From an uncultured bacterium (GTDB taxonomy: Bacteria; Planctomycetota; UBA8108), in assembly GCA_913042995.1 (NCBI GenBank), contig CAJWMA010000003.1:1-36094 (forward strand): a stretch of 36,094 bases of DNA, read 5' to 3'. Shown one piece after another: positions 1 through 8,191 of this stretch; position 1 is the first letter of the stretch; each line of letters opens with the position of its first letter. Position numbers and translations under genes: made by a program. Under the pieces are notes generated by a model, which made no database searches, was not told the origin of the DNA, and worked only from the letters and a program-made list of their open reading frames with translations.

Positions 1-359
1 GCCAGGGTGATCTCTTCGAGAGCCATGTTGCGTCCGGCCTTGCCCTTCATGTCTCCCTGCATCCAGGTGTTGACCCCTGAACGCTGGGGGTGGCGGCCGG
101 TTAGAAGAGCGGCCCGCGAGGGGCAGCAGACGGTGTGCGCGTAGGCCTGGGTAAACCGCACCCCGGTCTTCGCCAGCTTGTCGATGTTCGGTGTCCGGAG
201 GTCCCGCGAGCCGAAACACCTGGCATCCAGCGTACCCTGGTCGTCGGTGAAGAGAATCACCACGTTGGGGCGGCGGCCCTTCTTCCCGTCTGTGGCGGGG
301 GTTCCGGCCGCATTGGTTGATGCCAGCCCAAGACAGGCGGCCAGGTAGAGCCATTTCAT
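1..359 (-). CDS. Sulfatase (formylglycine-dependent, family S1), N-terminal part; runs off the window
   Basis: Not in the ORF track. Manual translation from ATG at 359 gives MKWLYLAACLGLASTNAAG...RPNVVILFTDDQG...TPNIDKLAKTGVRFTQAYAHTVCCPSRAALLTGRHP. This has a signal peptide, the PNxxxIxxDD motif and the CxPSR...LTG sulfatase signature. The start overlaps the upstream stop (TGATG). Confidence 0.93.
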   Translation of the reverse strand, partial: MKWLYLAACLGLASTNAAGTPATDGKKGRRPNVVILFTDDQGTLDARCFGSRDLRTPNIDKLAKTGVRFTQAYAHTVCCPSRAALLTGRHPQRSGVNTWMQGDMKGKAGRNMALEEITL

Positions 360-1375
360 CAGGAACCTTCGAGGCTGGCGATGTAGGCGAGGCAGAGTTC
401 GATCGTTGCTTCGATGCCCTTGACGTGGGTCCTCTCAACTCCATGGGAGGCGGCAACGCCCGGGCCGATGAGGCCGACCCGGAAGTCGTTTCCCGCCCTC
501 AGGGCGGCGGATCCATCGGAGCCGTAGTAGGGGTAAACGTCGACGGAGTGGGGGATGGAGTTTCCATCCGCCAGGTCGACGAGCTTCTTTCGCATGGCGT
601 AGTCGTAGGGGCCGCTGGTGTCCTTGGCGCAGATCGAGCAGCGCGCTTCGCTTCCCTCGCAGGGGTCCCCGAGCACTCCCATGTCGATGACGAGCAGCTC
701 CTCGATGGTGTCGGAGTAGCCGCAGGTTCCGCCGTGTCCGACCTCCTCGTAGTTTGAGAAGAAGAGCTCTACCGGGAGTCCCTCGTTCGTAGGCGGCAGC
801 CGCCGCGCGATTTCGAAGAGGACGAAGCAGCCGGCCTTGTTGTCCATGAAGCGGCCCTTCACGTAGCCGGATGGCAGCTCCTGGTAGCGCGGGTCGAAGC
901 AGACGATGTCGCCGGGTCGGATCCCCAGCTTCCTGGTGTCGGCCTCCGTATAGACCTCCTCGTCGAGGCGAATGTGCATATTCGAGATGTCGCGCCGGGT
1001 CTTGTTCAACTCCCGGTTGGCGTGCGAGGAGGGATTGTCGAGCAGGAAGGTACCGGTGATGATCTTCCCCTCCATGGTGTAGACCTTCACGTACTCACCC
1101 TCCGCCATGTTCAGCGACAGTCCGCCGATGGAGGAGATGGCGAGGCTTCCGTTGGAATTGATGCCGCTGACCATTGCTCCCAGGGTGTCGGTGTGCGCGG
1201 CGATCGCGAGCTTCGGAGCCGGTCCAAGCGAGCAGCGTACGGCGCCCTTATTGCTCAGCTCCGGCGAGTAGCCGTAGCCTTCGAGAACCTCGGCCGCGTA
1301 TTTACAGGCCTGCTCGGTAAAGCCGGTGGGGGAGTCAATCTCTACAAGCTTTTTCAGGGTCTCGAGTGAGCTCAT
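359..1375 (-). CDS. M42 family metallopeptidase (TET/YhfE-like aminopeptidase)
   Basis: Motifs IDSPTG, AHTDTLG, DNKAG, YEEVGHG, IDMG, YGSDG and SHGVER supply the binuclear metal ligands of M42 peptidases. Confidence 0.9.
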   Translation of the reverse strand: MSSLETLKKLVEIDSPTGFTEQACKYAAEVLEGYGYSPELSNKGAVRCSLGPAPKLAIAAHTDTLGAMVSGINSNGSLAISSIGGLSLNMAEGEYVKVYTMEGKIITGTFLLDNPSSHANRELNKTRRDISNMHIRLDEEVYTEADTRKLGIRPGDIVCFDPRYQELPSGYVKGRFMDNKAGCFVLFEIARRLPPTNEGLPVELFFSNYEEVGHGGTCGYSDTIEELLVIDMGVLGDPCEGSEARCSICAKDTSGPYDYAMRKKLVDLADGNSIPHSVDVYPYYGSDGSAALRAGNDFRVGLIGPGVAASHGVERTHVKGIEATIELCLAYIASLEGS

Positions 1376-1499
1376 CGCGTCGACATCCTCTCTTGTTTGC
1401 CATGTTCTCCCCCTGGAGGGGCCAAGCGAAGGATAGAAGGCTCCTCGAGTCCTGTCAATACGGGCATTTCATTCACGGGCGCCGGAGCGAACCCGCAAC

Positions 1500-1531
1500 A
1501 AAAAAAAGCGGCGACCGGTGAGGTCGCCGCT
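1500..1531 (-). terminator. Rho-independent terminator downstream of xerC (possibly bidirectional)
   Basis: 10-bp stem AGCGGCGACC (1507-1516) / GGTCGCCGCT (1522-1531) with a 5-nt loop. The A-run at 1500-1507 is a U-tract on the minus strand. Confidence 0.85.
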
Positions 1532-1559
1532 CTTTCTCTTCGGTCTCTTTTCCAAGAGC

Positions 1560-2699
1560 TTATGGACGCTGGTGGGCGTCCGCGTAACTTTCCTTGATCT
1601 TCTCCTTGGCGACCTGGGCGTAGATCTGGGTCGTCGAGAGGTGCTTGTGTCCCAGGAGTTCCTGGACCATTCTCAAGTTGGCTCCGCGGTCAAGAAGATG
1701 GGTCGCGAAGCTGTGACGCAGCGTATGCGGTGAGGTCTTCTTGTTGAGCCCGGTGACCTTGATGTACTTGTCGAGAATCTTCCGAATGCTCCGGCTGGAG
1801 AGCCGCTTGCCGAAGCGATTGAGGAAGAGAGCGTCAGGATCGTTCTCGTCAGGCGTGTGGGTCTGTTCACGGGAGTGGACATACCGCTTGATCGCCTGGA
1901 GGGCGAAACTTCCAACCGGCACGACCCGCTCCTTGGAGCCCTTGCCGCGCGCCTTGATCACCTCGGCGCTGAAGTCGAGGGAGGCCACGTTGAGAGCGGT
2001 CAGCTCGCTGACCCGCAGGCCTGTCGAGTAGAGGGTCTCGAGGATCGCCCTGTCGCGGGCAGGCTGGAAGGCGGTGCCCTGGGGAGCGCTCAGGAGCTTC
2101 TCTACCTCGTCGACGCTGAGGGAGAGGGGGAGCTTCTTCTCGACCTTCGGAGTCTCGATCGTGGTCAGCGGGTTGGTCGTGATGTGCCTCTTGCGCATCA
2201 GGAACTTGTAGAAGCTGCGTATGGTCGCCAGCTTTCGAACGATCGTCGTGGGCTTGTAGTTGCGTTCTTTCAACTCGGCCAGGAATTCACGCACCTGCAT
2301 GGTGGTGATACTGGCGGGATGAGGAATTTCAGGCGTCTCCTTGCAGAAGAAACGCATGAACTGGTGGAGATCCTTTTCGTAGGCGCGGATCGTCTCAGGA
2401 GACATGTTTCGCTCGTAGCGGAGGTACTTCACGAATTCCTGTTCGTAATCGATGTCGGCTCCGCCCGGGGCGGGACTGCCGGCCTCGGCAGGCTCCGCAG
2501 CCGCAGGGGCGTTTGTCTCGGCGGCGAGATTGTCGTCACTGGCGGGAGCGGCCGGCGGCACCACGGGGGGCTGCATCGCTGGCGGCGGCGTCGCGGCTGG
2601 CATATCCATCGGCGTGGAACCGGTATCTCCCTGGGACTGTTCCGGCATTGGGCCCGGCTCAGGCTGAGTCGGCTGATAGGTTTGAGTGTTGTCTTCCAT
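1560..2699 (-). CDS. xerC: Tyrosine recombinase XerC/XerD family with a low-complexity N-terminal extension
   Basis: Phage-integrase N-terminal SAM-like domain (YLRYERNMSPETIRAYEKDL) and the catalytic set STGLRVSEL, GKGSKER, HTLRHSFATH, LLGH, TTQIY. An AGGA RBS lies upstream of the ATG. XerC versus XerD is not certain. Confidence 0.88.
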   Translation of the reverse strand: MEDNTQTYQPTQPEPGPMPEQSQGDTGSTPMDMPAATPPPAMQPPVVPPAAPASDDNLAAETNAPAAAEPAEAGSPAPGGADIDYEQEFVKYLRYERNMSPETIRAYEKDLHQFMRFFCKETPEIPHPASITTMQVREFLAELKERNYKPTTIVRKLATIRSFYKFLMRKRHITTNPLTTIETPKVEKKLPLSLSVDEVEKLLSAPQGTAFQPARDRAILETLYSTGLRVSELTALNVASLDFSAEVIKARGKGSKERVVPVGSFALQAIKRYVHSREQTHTPDENDPDALFLNRFGKRLSSRSIRKILDKYIKVTGLNKKTSPHTLRHSFATHLLDRGANLRMVQELLGHKHLSTTQIYAQVAKEKIKESYADAHQRP

Positions 2700-2770
2700 T
2701 TCCTTTGTTCCTTCTCCCGGCCCTTGGTGACCGATAAAAGCTCCTTAGCTGTGATTCTTCGCGCCCAGGT

Positions 2771-2968
2771 TCAAATCGACCTGAGCCGCTCTGGAATCAT
2801 CCCTTCCATGATTTCGTATGCCTCCCCGCGCGTCAGTCCCGAACTCTTTTCCCCCGCTTGCTCCATGAGCGCGCGGAAGATCTCGAATGGATCCTCGTCG
2901 TTGGAGAGGAAGCAGTACTCCTGCCCCTCTTTGATTACGAAGGTCGTTTTGCTGACGCTCTCAGACAT
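2771..2968 (-). CDS. Small hypothetical protein (65 aa), probably co-transcribed with xerC
   Basis: ATG preceded by CAGGGAA, protein-like composition, and it fills the gap directly upstream of xerC on the same strand. Confidence 0.65.
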   Translation of the reverse strand: MSESVSKTTFVIKEGQEYCFLSNDEDPFEIFRALMEQAGEKSSGLTRGEAYEIMEGMIPERLRSI

Positions 2969-3226
2969 TTCCCTGAACAGTTCCTTCCTGGTTATTCTGT
3001 TCCCGAAACCCGTCCTGAGAATTCGCCGGGGGCCACGAAACGGCCGCCAGAGATTCCGTAAATATCACTTTGTGAATATCGGCAGTTCGACCGCTATTTC
3101 CTTGATGAATATTTTCGGACGCCAAGAAATGGGGTATTCATGCGAAAAGGGGGCACAAATAGTGGCGCAACAGGGGGTTCAGTTCAGGCCTGTTATGTGC
3201 CGATAAAATACCCGGGGTCCGCTTTT

Positions 3227-4810
3227 TCAGAACCTCAACCAGGCGAAGAGCTCGCCGATCTCAGTCGGTCTCGAGAGGACCGTGCGGGAGAGAAGAAACG
3301 CTCCGAGGGCCAGGATGGCCAGGGCCGAGACGAGAGAGAAGGCGCGAGAAAACCCGGGCAGGTTCCGGCGCAGTGGAGCGAGCCTGCGATGGGTCGCCAG
3401 CAGCTGCTTGCCGCTGATTGTGAGAATCCCGATCAGCACCAGGACGAAGCCCACCCCCATGCTGAAGGAGAAAAGCAGGAGGATGGAGAAGAAGAGCTTG
3501 CCGGGTTGGTGCAGGCCAATGAGGATCACCATGATGCCCGGAGTGCAGGGCAGGAGCCCGCTGGAGATCCCAAGGCCGAGCAGCTCCCTGAGGCGATTTC
3601 TCCGCTTGTCGGAGTCAGTGGAATGATCGCGGGACTCTTCGTTTCGGTCATTCGTCTCCCCCCTGGCCCGCTTGAGAAAGATCGCCAGGCCCATGATGGT
3701 AAGGAGGATGCTCGACAGCAGCATACAGACGGTGATGAGCCGCTCCTGGAGAACCCCCATTGCCAGGTTGCTGATGATGGCCAGGAGGGCCGCGCCGACG
3801 ATGATAAAGGTAAGGGTGTGGGTGAAGGTTGTGGTGACCCCCAGCAGGATGGCATCGCGGTAGCGGCATCTCGAGCCAGCCAGGTAGGCTGCGACCATGG
3901 TCTTGCCGTGGCCGGGGGCCAGGGAGTGGCCGGCTCCGAGTGTGAAGGCCAGCAGGAGGAAGCCCAGGATCCAGGTTGTGTCTTTCTCCGAGAGATCCTG
4001 GTCGAGAAGCGAGGAGAAGAAAGAGTTTTCTTTTTCTTCCCGTGACCGGGGGAGGCTTTCGGCCTCACCTGAAGGCTGGGAGGCCTGCAGGTTGACCTCC
4101 ACATCGAAGGGAGGGGGGGCGGAGGCCGCCCCGGACCTCGGAGGTTCGATGCTGAGCTCGGCCGCAAGCTTCCTGTTCTCGATGAGAATTCGATGCCCCT
4201 GGGCGTCGATGATCTGCTCCTCTGGCCCCGGCACCACCAGGCGATGCCGGAGGTTCGCCTTCGAGGGGTCCAGGCCATGGCCCGAGAAGGGGACCAGGAA
4301 GATGGGCAGGCCGGGAACAGCGCCTTCCAGGATCCGGTTGGTGATTTCAACCTTGTGGGTGCTTCCGGTTTTCATGGGGGTTTTCCCCAGGCGGGCGATA
4401 ACGGTGAAGTAGAGGCTGAAGGGAGTCGGCGCGACCTGGCCGACGAGACCTTCATGCAGCGACTTGACGAGCTCCAACTCGATCTTCTTTCCATCCACCC
4501 GGCAGGTGATGGCGGGGTCTTCCTCCCCTGTTTTTCGCCGCAGGATTCTATTTTTCCAGCCCTGCGCGAGGTAGGCATCGGCCTCGGTCTTGTTGACCAC
4601 CGAGTTCCTGTCGGAGTCCGCCTCGAGCATCTCCGCCTGCGCCCAGGATCCCCTGTAGCCCAGGTCGATCGAGATTTCAACCCGATCTTCAAAGAAGAGG
4701 ACCCGGCACTGGCTGCCGGCGAGGTGTCGGGGGACGTGGGCGCGGGCACCAGAAGCCGACAATATTCCCGCTAAGGTAAGAAAAAGGAAGACCGGGATTC
4801 TGCTGGTCAT
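3227..4810 (-). CDS. NicO/RcnA-like Ni/Co transporter with a large N-terminal exported domain
   Basis: Signal peptide ending ARA-H. The C-terminal multi-TM region has GAGHSLAPGHGKT, TTFTHT and GLLPC motifs typical of the RcnA/HoxN (NicO) family. Confidence 0.8.
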   Translation of the reverse strand: MTSRIPVFLFLTLAGILSASGARAHVPRHLAGSQCRVLFFEDRVEISIDLGYRGSWAQAEMLEADSDRNSVVNKTEADAYLAQGWKNRILRRKTGEEDPAITCRVDGKKIELELVKSLHEGLVGQVAPTPFSLYFTVIARLGKTPMKTGSTHKVEITNRILEGAVPGLPIFLVPFSGHGLDPSKANLRHRLVVPGPEEQIIDAQGHRILIENRKLAAELSIEPPRSGAASAPPPFDVEVNLQASQPSGEAESLPRSREEKENSFFSSLLDQDLSEKDTTWILGFLLLAFTLGAGHSLAPGHGKTMVAAYLAGSRCRYRDAILLGVTTTFTHTLTFIIVGAALLAIISNLAMGVLQERLITVCMLLSSILLTIMGLAIFLKRARGETNDRNEESRDHSTDSDKRRNRLRELLGLGISSGLLPCTPGIMVILIGLHQPGKLFFSILLLFSFSMGVGFVLVLIGILTISGKQLLATHRRLAPLRRNLPGFSRAFSLVSALAILALGAFLLSRTVLSRPTEIGELFAWLRF

Positions 4811-4874
4811 GGCGATCTAACCTGAGGAGGGTTTGGCAGGCAGTGAAAGGTGCTAACGGCAGTTTTCTCGGGAG

Positions 4875-5603
4875 CTACTGTCTCAAAGAGTATTCGATCA
4901 TTGCATCTATGGAGTCACCAAGGTCATTGCAGAACATGGCAACACACTCGGTCTCCTTCAGGTGGAGAAGCAGTAAATTGTCGACACTGGCATCGAATGA
5001 TTTTTCAAACAGGCGCTTGTACAGGGAAAGCTGGAGATTGTAGTGGACGAAATTACAGTCCATTAATTGAGCGGATGGAGGACTGGTTCCGCACTTCTCC
5101 CTGTAGGAAGTACGCTCAATTTTCCTGGAGGTTTTCCAGTCGAGAAGTACTGCTGTTTTTTCGGCTTCGTTGAAGGCGACGAGATCGATCATCCCCATGA
5201 GCCGGGAGTCGGTATCGTAGACGATAAATTCACTGAGGTAAGTCCAGCCCGGTCCTTGCTGTTCCCGGTAATTTTCGAACCAGGCTACTGCGTGTTTGGC
5301 TTTTCTAAGAGCAGGGCTTTCCTCGTTCTCGATATACGCCTGTATTTCCGAATGGGCGGCTGTGCCCGCGTCTCTTCGAGCATGCCATTCAGCTATCAGG
5401 GATTCGACGGTGTAGTCCCTGTACTTGAAGTGATTGTTTACCAGGTTCGTAGCGATTTTCACCTCATCGAAAGGTTCGAAAAAAGACCCGAGGAATGTAG
5501 TGCAGCTGTTGAATTCGATTCCGGGGTCACTCTTCAACGTATAGGTGTGATCATCTTCGTTAAACTCAATTTCAAGTTGCGACCTGTTTAAGTCTTCGAG
5601 CAT
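4875..5603 (-). CDS. PD-(D/E)XK nuclease (RecB/Cas4-like fold, phage-exonuclease-like)
   Basis: Motifs GTAAHSEI, E...GMIDLV, LLDWKT and YNLQLSLY (RecB-type QxxxY). It starts 15 bp after the helicase stop. Confidence 0.85.
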   Translation of the reverse strand: MLEDLNRSQLEIEFNEDDHTYTLKSDPGIEFNSCTTFLGSFFEPFDEVKIATNLVNNHFKYRDYTVESLIAEWHARRDAGTAAHSEIQAYIENEESPALRKAKHAVAWFENYREQQGPGWTYLSEFIVYDTDSRLMGMIDLVAFNEAEKTAVLLDWKTSRKIERTSYREKCGTSPPSAQLMDCNFVHYNLQLSLYKRLFEKSFDASVDNLLLLHLKETECVAMFCNDLGDSIDAMIEYSLRQ

Positions 5604-5618
5604 GACGCCTCCTTGATC

Positions 5619-7877
5619 TCAGCAACCTGAGGAATCTCCAATGATCCGGAGGTTGACATGGGATATGACGAATTGCAATTCTCCTGCATCCTTGAAGCAG
5701 ATGGTGACTCTGCGCCGCTCTCCAAAGCCGTTGGTCCTGACGATTTCTCCTTCACCGTATTCTCCATGTTCCACGAGGGTTCCGACCTTGTAAGGATCCT
5801 CAGTTTCATCGAAGAAATCTCCAAAGGGATCTTCATTTGAGAATGGGTCGATGTCGCCGGGGAAATCCTCCTCGGGGGCGCGTCCGAAGCCGGGTCGTCT
5901 TATTCCCTGGCCCTGCAGGCTCGCCCGGGTCTCGGCATCGAGCTCGAGATGGTCGGTGTTCTCGTCCTTCGGCCGAGTGAGCTCGCCGAGGAATCGGGAG
6001 GGGATGGATGAGTGTATCTGTCCGAAGCGCTGCCTGCTGTTGGTGTGCGTCATGTAGAGCAGCTTCTCGGCGCGAGTGATTCCGACGAAGAGCAGCCGCC
6101 TCTCTTCTTCGATGTCAGGTTCATCATCATCTGCTCGCAGCAGGGGCAGCACTCCGTCCTCGATCCCGGCGATGATCACCACTGGAAATTCCAGACCCTT
6201 GGCCGAGTGCAGCGTCATCATGCAGACCCGGTCTTCCTTCTGGTCCCAGCGGTCGACGTCTCCCAGGATCGCCGTCAGTTCCAGGAAGTCGGTCAACGAG
6301 CCCTCAGGATGCTTTCGGTCGTATTCAACCGCGGCTCCAAGCAGTTCGCCGATGTTCGCCTTGCGCTCCTGCGCTTCTTCGTAGCCCGTTCGCTCGAGCA
6401 TGCCTTCGTAGCCGGTCTCCCGCAGTATGGAGCGAAGGACGTTCTCGACAGATTCCTCCCGCGCCTCGTTGAGCTTTCGGTAGATCTTTCGGAAGCTGTC
6501 GAGGGCCTTGCGCTGACGGGTGGTGAAGAGGTCGTTGAGCTCTTCTGAGAGGACGACGTCGAGAAGTCCCCTGCCAAGCTCACTCGCAACGCTCTCTAGG
6601 CGGGCGATCGTTCCCTTGCCCATGCCTCTCGGCGGCACGTTGATGATTCGTTTGAGGCTTTCGCTGTCCCTGGGATTGTCAAGGATCCGCAGAAAGCTGA
6701 GCAGGTCCTTGACCTCTTTGCGCAGGAAGAACTCGACGCCGCCGACGATGGTATAGGGGATATTGGAGTAGATCAGCTCCTGTTCGAGCGTCCTTGAGAA
6801 CGAGTTCAGGCGGTAGAAGATCGCTATGTCTCCACAGGGTGTTCCCGCGTCGATGAGCCCCCTGATGAGAGTGGAGATTTCTCGCGCTTCCTCCAGTTCG
6901 TTCAGGAACCTGTAGACGCGCACCGGTTCTCCTCCGGGGTTCTCGGTCCAGAGGTCCTTGGGCTTGCGCTCGAGGTTCCTGGAGATCAGCGCATTGGCCG
7001 TGGCGAGAACGTTTCCTGTCGAGCGGTAGTTCTGTTCCAGCAGGATGACCTGCGCTCCGGGGTAGTCCTTCTCGAAGTTCAGGATGTTGTTGATGTCCGC
7101 GCCGCGCCAGTGATAGATCGACTGGTCGGGGTCGCCGGTGATGCACAGGTTCCCATGGCTCTGCGCCAGCAGCGAGCCGATCTTGTACTGTACAGAGTTG
7201 GTGTCCTGGTATTCGTCGATGAGAATGTACTGGAACTGCTCGCGGTAGCGTTCGAGCAGATCCTCGTTCTCCTCCAGCAGTTGCACCGAGAGCAGCAGGA
7301 GATCATCGAAGTCGAGCAGGTTGCGCTCCCGCATCGCATCTGTGTAGCGGTTGTAGAGGTCCCGGAGCACCTGGCCATGTTTATAGTCCGAGCCGAGCGA
7401 GGCGTCGTCTCCATGGTCGACGTTCTTGAGCTTGCTGATCGAGGACAGCAGGCTGTTTGGATCCCAGAGCTGCGAGTCGATATTCTGTTCCTTGAGGATC
7501 GTCTTGACGAGCGCCTTGCAGTCGGCCCGGTCGCAGATCGTGAAGGAAGAATCGTAGGGCTCGATGCGGTAGGCGTGGCGGCGAAGCAGCTTCGCGGAGA
7601 AGCTGTGGAAGGTTGAAACCCAGGGACTGCTCGAACCGCAGAGCTGTTCTGTTCGCGCCTTCATTTCGCTGGCGGCCTTGTTGGTAAAGGTGATGGCGAG
7701 AACATTGTCATGCGGGATTCCCGCGCGCAGGAGGTGGGCTATGCGATGGGTGATGACACGGGTCTTGCCGCTGCCGGGTCCGGCAAGAACCATCAGCGCT
7801 CCATCGACGTGGGTTACCGCTTTTCGTTGGGCCGGATTGAGCTCGGCCAGAAGGTCGTCGAATCGTGTTTTTTCCAT
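5619..7877 (-). CDS. pcrA: SF1A ATP-dependent DNA helicase PcrA/UvrD
   Basis: LNPAQ, AGPGSGKT (Walker A), TFTNKAA, DEYQDTN, GDPDQSIY, QNYRS, TLHSAKGLEF, EERRLLFVGITRA, and a C-terminal Tudor-like domain (VEHGEYGEG). Confidence 0.95.
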   Translation of the reverse strand: MEKTRFDDLLAELNPAQRKAVTHVDGALMVLAGPGSGKTRVITHRIAHLLRAGIPHDNVLAITFTNKAASEMKARTEQLCGSSSPWVSTFHSFSAKLLRRHAYRIEPYDSSFTICDRADCKALVKTILKEQNIDSQLWDPNSLLSSISKLKNVDHGDDASLGSDYKHGQVLRDLYNRYTDAMRERNLLDFDDLLLLSVQLLEENEDLLERYREQFQYILIDEYQDTNSVQYKIGSLLAQSHGNLCITGDPDQSIYHWRGADINNILNFEKDYPGAQVILLEQNYRSTGNVLATANALISRNLERKPKDLWTENPGGEPVRVYRFLNELEEAREISTLIRGLIDAGTPCGDIAIFYRLNSFSRTLEQELIYSNIPYTIVGGVEFFLRKEVKDLLSFLRILDNPRDSESLKRIINVPPRGMGKGTIARLESVASELGRGLLDVVLSEELNDLFTTRQRKALDSFRKIYRKLNEAREESVENVLRSILRETGYEGMLERTGYEEAQERKANIGELLGAAVEYDRKHPEGSLTDFLELTAILGDVDRWDQKEDRVCMMTLHSAKGLEFPVVIIAGIEDGVLPLLRADDDEPDIEEERRLLFVGITRAEKLLYMTHTNSRQRFGQIHSSIPSRFLGELTRPKDENTDHLELDAETRASLQGQGIRRPGFGRAPEEDFPGDIDPFSNEDPFGDFFDETEDPYKVGTLVEHGEYGEGEIVRTNGFGERRRVTICFKDAGELQFVISHVNLRIIGDSSGC

Positions 7878-8081
7878 CGTTTTCCGTCAGATCACCGGAG
7901 TGTACGGGTCACACCTAACCTGCTTAAGATAACTTTGTTGCAGTGGAGCGGTAAGCAGAAACCTCAAAGAGACCGTCCCCGGGCTGACAGCCCCAGCAGA
8001 ACGCATTATCGGCATCTCTGCCCCGGGGAAAACCCATTGGTGGAAAAAATCTCGAGATGGCCATCTGAATTCCCTCAGGTA

Positions 8082-8110
8082 TTGACAAAACAGTATCTTG
8101 GGACTAATTT
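8082..8110 (+). promoter_or_regulatory. sigma70-type promoter for the TPR-alphaCTD/ruvA unit
   Basis: Perfect TTGACA (8082-8087), 17-bp spacer, TAATTT (8105-8110). Confidence 0.65.
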
Positions 8111-8115
8111 AGTCC
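8101..8115. promoter_or_regulatory. Perfect palindrome overlapping the -10 box; candidate repressor operator
   Basis: GGACTAA-T-TTAGTCC: 7-bp perfect inverted arms around one central base. Confidence 0.5.
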
Positions 8116-8191
8116 GTTTAACAAAGGTCGCCGACAGGGGTTTCGGAGCCTTCTTTTTTTTCTCCCGTTTAAGCGACACGGAGAGGATCTC

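Noticed and set aside
1560-2699. Tyrosine recombinase as a prophage or island integrase
   Set aside because: The sequence is of the chromosomal XerC/D type. There are no phage, conjugation or att features nearby, and tRNA-His is more than 10 kb away.
3062-3079. Imperfect palindrome ATATCAC-TTT-GTGAATAT upstream of the small ORF/xerC unit; also considered as a dif site
   Set aside because: The arms are imperfect and it occurs once. It does not fit the 28-bp dif consensus with a TTATGTTAAAT arm.
4875-5603. Nuclease as Cas4 of a CRISPR system
   Set aside because: It lacks the C-terminal Cys cluster for the Fe-S centre, and there are no cas genes or repeat-spacer array in the window.
8137-8161. 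Hairpin plus T8 in the 5' UTR of the TPR-alphaCTD gene as a premature terminator
   Set aside because: The stem is only 6 bp with three G-U pairs, too weak to call without folding or 3'-end data.
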